A program made the position numbers and the translations under genes. A DNA stretch of 64,000 nucleotides. Source: Podarcis muralis (Eukaryota). The notes below the pieces were generated by a model. That model searched no databases and was not told the DNA's origin. It saw only the letters and a program-made list of their open reading frames with translations. This document shows, in pieces, positions 57,771 to 64,000 of the stretch (position 1 is the first letter of the stretch; the number at the start of each line of letters is the position of its first letter). The DNA is taken from contig NC_135661.1 in the NCBI RefSeq assembly GCF_964188315.1, positions 56,048,001 to 56,112,000 on the forward strand, given 5' to 3'.

Positions 57771-60374
57771 TGGTGCACAGCCTGAATGCATTCTGCCCAG
57801 GGTGTTCTGCAACACTGCATAGGTCTCCCTCCCTGAAACTACGTTTGTTCCAAGCAAGGGCTCAGCACGCTACCAGTTTGGCCTGCAATTGCCAGGACTC
57901 CATGCAATGCCGGCTAATAAGACCACAGAGAGGCCCCTGCCGGTTTGGTCAAGGGCACTTGCTGCGTGTAGTACTTTGCATGGGGGTCAAGTCAGCCCTG
58001 CACTGCACATGACCGCCATCTATAACCAGCGCCTGCTGCTGCTGCTCTATTCCTGTCAAGACTTGCTTGGGAGACTGACACAGACTTTTCTTGTGTGTTT
58101 TGTGCCCGTAGTCATGAAAACTGCAGGCACCAGCCGCAGACATCAGTCCCTGGTGAGCCTCAGGCACTGCCTCCTCCCTCCGTCTCCTCCCCTCCCGTGC
58201 CCCAATTCTGCCATTGCTTCACACCTTCCCTGACTTAGCATTTATACAACCAATGGGCAGAAGAGCAAAGCATTTTGGGGAAGTGGGGCAGGGAGACAGA
58301 AGGAGCAAGAGGACCCCAGTGAACTTTGCAGCCTTGAATGCTCAGAAATGACAGATTCATAGAACGGTAGAGTTGGAAGGGCACCAAAGGGTCATCTGGC
58401 CTGAATCCTGCAATTTTGTGGGTTCACCCATATTGTTGTTCCAAGCGGACAGCGAGCTCCAGAAATTCTCCTTCAAATCGCTGCCTTCCCTCTACCTCAG
58501 CCTGGATTTTCTTATCCCAGGGATACTCCGAAAAGACGACCTGACAAAAACCCATATTAAGGGCCAGAAAAGTGTGGGGAGGCAGGAATTTGGAGGAGTT
58601 ATGTCTACAACCTCTCTTGATGCTTCTGTGAATCTTCTGCACAGCACCCTCCTTTGCAAAATTGGGGATTCCCAAACCCAGCGCACCCCTTCAGAGAGCC
58701 CCAGGTGCCTGAAACCACAACAACTCAAGCAGCAAAAGTGGCCACCACTTAGCCCAAAACAGGCTCCTTTTGCATCATAAGCATCTTGCATCTGCAGACT
58801 GCAGAAGGAAACTGGGGGTTGGAGTGAGGTGGGCTTTCCAGAAAATTTGGAATTGGGAAATGTTCCTTTGCAAGTCAGACTAACTTTCAGCAGAAAATGT
58901 TCTGTTTGCATTAGATACTTTTCCAATGTCAAAGGGATTGGTTTAATTTGCCAGGTTTATCTTACTTGTATTTAGCTGAACAAAGCTGAAAACTTTAAAA
59001 CAGCCAAGCTGGCCTAATACTGTATTTGCCAATGGAAAATTATAAAAGATAAAAGCATTGGGAAATTTTCCATGCCACATCACTGGTTGGAGGCGTTCTT
59101 ACTAATGGGGTTCAAAATGTTTGGAGAGAGCCATTGTTGCCCTCGGTGTATCTCAGCCATCTTCAACCTGGTGTCCTCTGGATACTTCAGACTGCAACTC
59201 CCATCAGCTCCAGTAAGCACAGCCTAATGGGATTTGTAGTCCGAAATATTCAGAGGGTGCCAGGCTGTGGAAGACTAGTGTGCACCCATTTTTATTTTGT
59301 CCCAGTGCCACTCCCAGTCAAGTTAGTTAGGCAGGTCTATGAACCTGTGCAACTCCCCTCCCCCCAAAATGTTTGCCAGATGCAGAAAGTCTCCTTTGAG
59401 AGGGAAAAGGGTGCAAATCTAGCCCTCACCCATTCCCCAGTGCAGTGGGGGGGGGGGGGGAGCCTCCCAAGCTGGTCTCCCTTGAGCTGCCCACCAGGCT
59501 TGTTTTCATTGCCTAGCATGCAAAGCAGCAATAAACAAGTGTACCCTAGGGCATGTGCAGAGTGCACACCCATTCTTCACCACTGACTGCAGCCAGCAAT
59601 CCCACACCTCCTTGTTTAGGATGTGGGAGTCTTCGCTGCTTAAGAGGATGCGGATATTTCAAGCCCTACTTTTTCTCTTTAGAAATTTAGAAATCTAGCA
59701 GAGGTGGGAAAGAGAACCAGCAAGTTCTTTCTGCACACAGGGCAACATTTGGCCCATGCCAGACAGGTGCTTCCTGACATGGATCCCTCTTCGACCGTGG
59801 TGCTCGCAGAAAGGTAGAGAGTGCCTCCCAGCCCAAGCCACCACCCCCCCAGCCTGGTCAGTGGAGTTAACTGCCTCCAACTTGTTGGTGAATCATTAAC
59901 TCAGGGTTCAGCAGCTGCCACACACACAGAGAGTTCAGCTGCCAGAAGGCAGGCTCTGCCCAGTCAATTACTCACCCAGCGCATCCTGCTGGTGCCAAGA
60001 GAGGGGAGGGGAGACAGAAGAGCCAATGGCAAAGGAGTCCATAAGGATGGCTGGGGGGGGTGGAGGGAGATGGACACACACACATACACACAGCTGGCCA
60101 GGCTCCTCCTCTGTACTTAATTCCATGGAGTCTGCAAACATGTGGTCCTCCAGACGTGGAAGCCCCCACAGCCCAAACCCCTCCCAGCACAAGGATTCTG
60201 TAGCAAGGGAAATGCTCTTTACTCCTCCTGCACAGGAGCACCTTCTATCAAGTACAGGCAACTCCCCATTTACATGGAGCCTCAAGCCACTGAAGTGTTG
60301 CTGAAGTTTGGAGCCCAAATCTCAGCTTCATCACCCCCCAATTCCAAGCAGTGACCTACCCAACCAGACACGTA

Positions 60375-60570
60375 CAGTGGTACCTCGGGTTACAGACGCT
60401 TCAGGTTACAGACTCCGCTAACCCAGAAATAGTACCTCGGGTTCAGGATGAGAACAGAAATCGTTCACCAGTGGCACGGCAGCAGTGAGAGGCCTTATTA
60501 GCTAAAGTGGTTCCTCAGGTTAAGAACGGACCTTCAGAATGAATCAAGTTCTTCATCCGAGGTACCACTG
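60375..60570. mobile_element. Tigger-like MITE (same family as 5619-5813, opposite orientation)
   Basis: TA-CAGTGGTACCTCGG...CCGAGGTACCACTG-TA. Confidence 0.85.
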
Positions 60571-62042
60571 TAATATCAGGTGTGCTAGAGCTTTTAACAG
60601 CAAGGGATGGCCATGAACTTTCCAGAGGCATCTGCTGCCGGCTGGATGGCCTCAGAGACAAGAACGCTAGGGTCTTGGAGTGATCCCATCAAGGTAGCCC
60701 TTATGACATCCATTAGACAGCAGGAAGTGCCCCCCCCTTCTCTCTCTTAAAGGACCCTGTCTCCAAGCTGACAATCCTGCCCAAGCCTTTGGAGTGTCAG
60801 AGGGACTCTTTTAGACAAGGCAATAACATTTTGAAGTAACAAAATGGAGCGACAGTGTGTCCTACCTCCCAAGGCTGTTGAGAAGAGGCCTGCTGGGTCA
60901 GACTCAAAGTCCATCTAGCCCTGGATCCTGTTCTCACAGTGGCCAACCAGGTGCCCATTATGGGAAAGCCAAAAGCAGGACCCAAGAGCAGCAGCACTCT
61001 CTCCAGCAACCAATATTCAGAGTTATACTGCCTCTACTCCTAGTAGGCAAGGATAAGGTTGTGAATAATGCAGACTGAAGGATGGAAACGGTGCAAAAGT
61101 CAGGAGACAGCAAGACAGGGGAATCCCCTATGACAAATTATTTCAGGGTCCCTTCCAGTCACTACAAAGGAGTCCAAGTGGGAGGGCACTTCAGTCTTTT
61201 AAGGTGGCTGTTCAGACTGACACACAGATGGGGGGGGGAGTTGCAGAGACACCCCAGAATCAACATCTTTCTCTCACAAACACACTTGTCCCACAGGCAT
61301 CATCAGGTTACACTTCACCAAAGGTAAGGCCAGCTGCCTTTTCTTGACACAGGCATCCACTCAGGAATTCAACTTCCAAGCCAGAAAACATGGAACAAAG
61401 ACCCAGACTCTGTATCTGGGTGTAAAGGACTCTCCTAGCCTTGTGGGTCAGCACAACAGATGGGGAAGGGCAAGTGGGACAAATGGGGGTGGGGGAAGCA
61501 GAGGCATCAGATATTCCCTCCCCATTCAGAGCACTCAGCAGAGAATACTGGCAACCACATTCAGGATGATAGAACGGCACCTGGAAGATGTATCCACCAG
61601 AGCGCTCCTGGGCCTTCCAGGTAACAAAAAGGGAGTTATTGGCAAGCCTGAAACTCATTTCACAAGGACTCCTAAGCAGCCAGAAGGCAGTCTTCATGAC
61701 AACCTAAGAAGAGCTTGGCTGCTGGATCAGGCCAAAGACCTGTTTGGTCCATCATCCTGTTCTCATAGTGGCCAATTGGATGCCCCCAATGGGAAACCCA
61801 CAAGTAGGAGCTGAGTGCCACAGAGCTCTCCCCACTTGTGATTCCCAGTAACTGATATTCAGAAGCATCACTGCCTCTGACACCAGAGGCAGCGCTCACA
61901 GTCCACAGCCTGCTGCTCATACAGCAACCTTTACCAAATTGGTGACATCCAGATGTTCTGGACTACAACTCCCATCAGTCCCAGTCTCAGTTAGTGACAA
62001 GAATCAAACAGGATGGAGGATTTCGTATATCCACCTTCAGCT

Positions 62043-62043
<1 letters not shown>

Positions 62044-62074
<31 letters not shown>
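62044..62074. repeat. (GT)15 microsatellite
   Basis: Seen directly. Confidence 0.95.
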
Positions 62075-62077
<3 letters not shown>

Positions 62078-63903
62078 AAGAGAAAGTGAGAGAGAGAGAA
62101 CAAGCAAAGCTTTGAATCACACAGAAAAGTACAGAAATTATTTCAGGGACGGTTTGGCCACAGGGCATCAAACACAGGCACACATTTTCAGCAGTTGTGC
62201 TTCCTCCTGCTGACCACCTAATTTCAGGCCTCGCCAAGTTTCCATTCTGACCAGGCATAACTTTATTCTGTTCTGCCAGCTAACCAGGCCTCAAGCATTC
62301 CCATGGTCTGGCTCCATCAGGCTCTGCCTGGAACAAAGTCACACTCCATTTCTATTACTTTGCGGGATCAACGGCTCCCAGAGCTGGAGATGAAACAGCC
62401 AGCCGTGGGACTCCTTGGGTGTAATCCTTGCCAGGACCAACAACTGGCACAAGAGGCAGAGAGATGTAAACATGCGTAGCTCATGGGGAGCCCTTCCCAC
62501 CTCCAACTGGCTGCCTCCATAAGACAGAGCTTTTCAAATGCACAAATCACAGCATTTGTCCCCTCCAGCAAATCTTGCACAACAGCCGGGAGGTCTGGAC
62601 ACCCACCAAATATAGATAACCAGGAGCTCCAGCAAGGAAGAGGGCGAATGAAAGCTTCATATGTGTACCAGAATACACACCCAGATGAGCACAGTAGGGA
62701 TTGCTCCAGAGTATACAGGCTGTGAACCTACAACGGATCAGGGACTGTGAAATTTTACAGCTCGTAGCATTCGAGCGGCCATAGACCAGCGCCAGGATTT
62801 GGCTCTAGTGAAATCTGTCAAAACAGAGCTGTTTCCTGGCATTGCCAATTATCACGGCTCATTTGAACAGGAGTTCTCTCTTCTTATTCATGAACAAAAC
62901 ATTGCAGGCATCTCTGATGTCAGAACATATAAACAAAGTAGCTGAACTTAAGCACTTCAAAATCTCATTTAGTTCAGTGGGAGGTTTCTACACAGATTTC
63001 TATCTTTCCCATTGGGGCTGGCTGTGGGCAAACTGTAGACCTCCAGAGGTTGCTGGACTCCCATCATCCCAACATCCCTGACCACGCTGGGGCTGACCAT
63101 GCTGCGGCTGATGGGAGTTGTAGTCCAAAACATCCAGAAGGCACCAGGCTAGGGGAAGCCGGCATCTCTCCATCACCTCTTCTCACCCCACACCAGTCCA
63201 CAGTCTCTTGGCATTCCAACAAAAGAACAAGTGCAAGTGCCTGCACAGCGAGATGGGCCAAGAAAGCAAGTCAAACTAGGCTCTACAGAGGATGGCAAAA
63301 TAAAACTGAAGGCCACAAATGACCAATGTGAGTAGGGAGAAGAGAGAACACACACACCTCAGATTCTGAGCAACAGCAAAAAAACACTCATCAGGAAATG
63401 TTATTCAGGAGTCATTTCACCCCACCTGACCTGTTATGGTAAATTCCAGGAGGGGTCACCACATTTGAGTATTAGAGCAAAAATTCAGCACACACACACA
63501 ATTGCACACTTTCAAGACTAACAGTACTATCCTACATGTGTTTTAATGGGGCTTTTCCCCTAGTAAGCATGTTTAGCACTGCAGCATAATTAAGGCTTCC
63601 CCAGGCAATAGTCTCTTTCACGGGATGCTTGAAACATTACCCTCAATTGGCAGATATGTCTACATGTATAGGTTAGGGAGTTGGGGAATCATAATGCCCA
63701 AAGACAAAGGAGCCAACATGGTGTAGTGCTTAAGAGTATTTAGCTAGGACTGTGCAGATCTCAGTTCAAATCCCTACACTGCCATGAGGTTCATTATCTG
63801 ACCTTGGGGCAGTCCCTATCTTTCAACTTAATCTACCTCACAGGGTTGTTGTGAGGATAAAAGGGAAGGGGGAATGATGTACACAATCTTGAGAGCTCAA
63901 TGT

Positions 63904-63908
<5 letters not shown>

Positions 63909-63948
<40 letters not shown>
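63909..63948. repeat. (AT)20 microsatellite
   Basis: Seen directly. Confidence 0.95.
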
Positions 63949-63951
<3 letters not shown>

Positions 63952-64000
63952 GGTTTTGGTGTCCTCGGGTGTCTTCCCGTGTAAAAGTTGGGGTGTCTAG

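Overview
Vertebrate genomic DNA, most likely a squamate reptile. The repeat families resemble those of lacertid lizards; this assignment is inferred from recalled repeat sequences, not from a search. Four spliced protein-coding genes lie in the order known from human 16q23.1: LDHD (-), chymotrypsinogen B copy a (-), chymotrypsinogen B copy b (+), BCAR1/p130Cas (-). LDHD is present as exons 1-5 only; the rest runs off the left edge. Both chymotrypsinogen genes are complete (7 exons, 263 codons) and sit head-to-head, 2.7 kb apart. BCAR1 has 6 coding exons located, but its first coding exon is not securely found. I checked all listed splice junctions by hand for GT/AG and reading phase. The rest is TE-rich intron and intergenic DNA: a 5'-truncated L2 LINE with an intact 2.2-kb RT frame, many CR1 3' ends, tRNA- and MIR-type SINEs, Tc1/Tigger and hAT MITEs, fold-back elements, solo LTR candidates, an L1 3' end, a Penelope-like hairpin and microsatellites. 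Repeat family names and most repeat boundaries are approximate. I see no evidence of a wholly new biological system. The most interesting signals are the deeply diverged, unconverted CTRB pair with different S1 pockets and autolysis loops, and transposons sitting directly on splice signals of CTRB-a intron 5.
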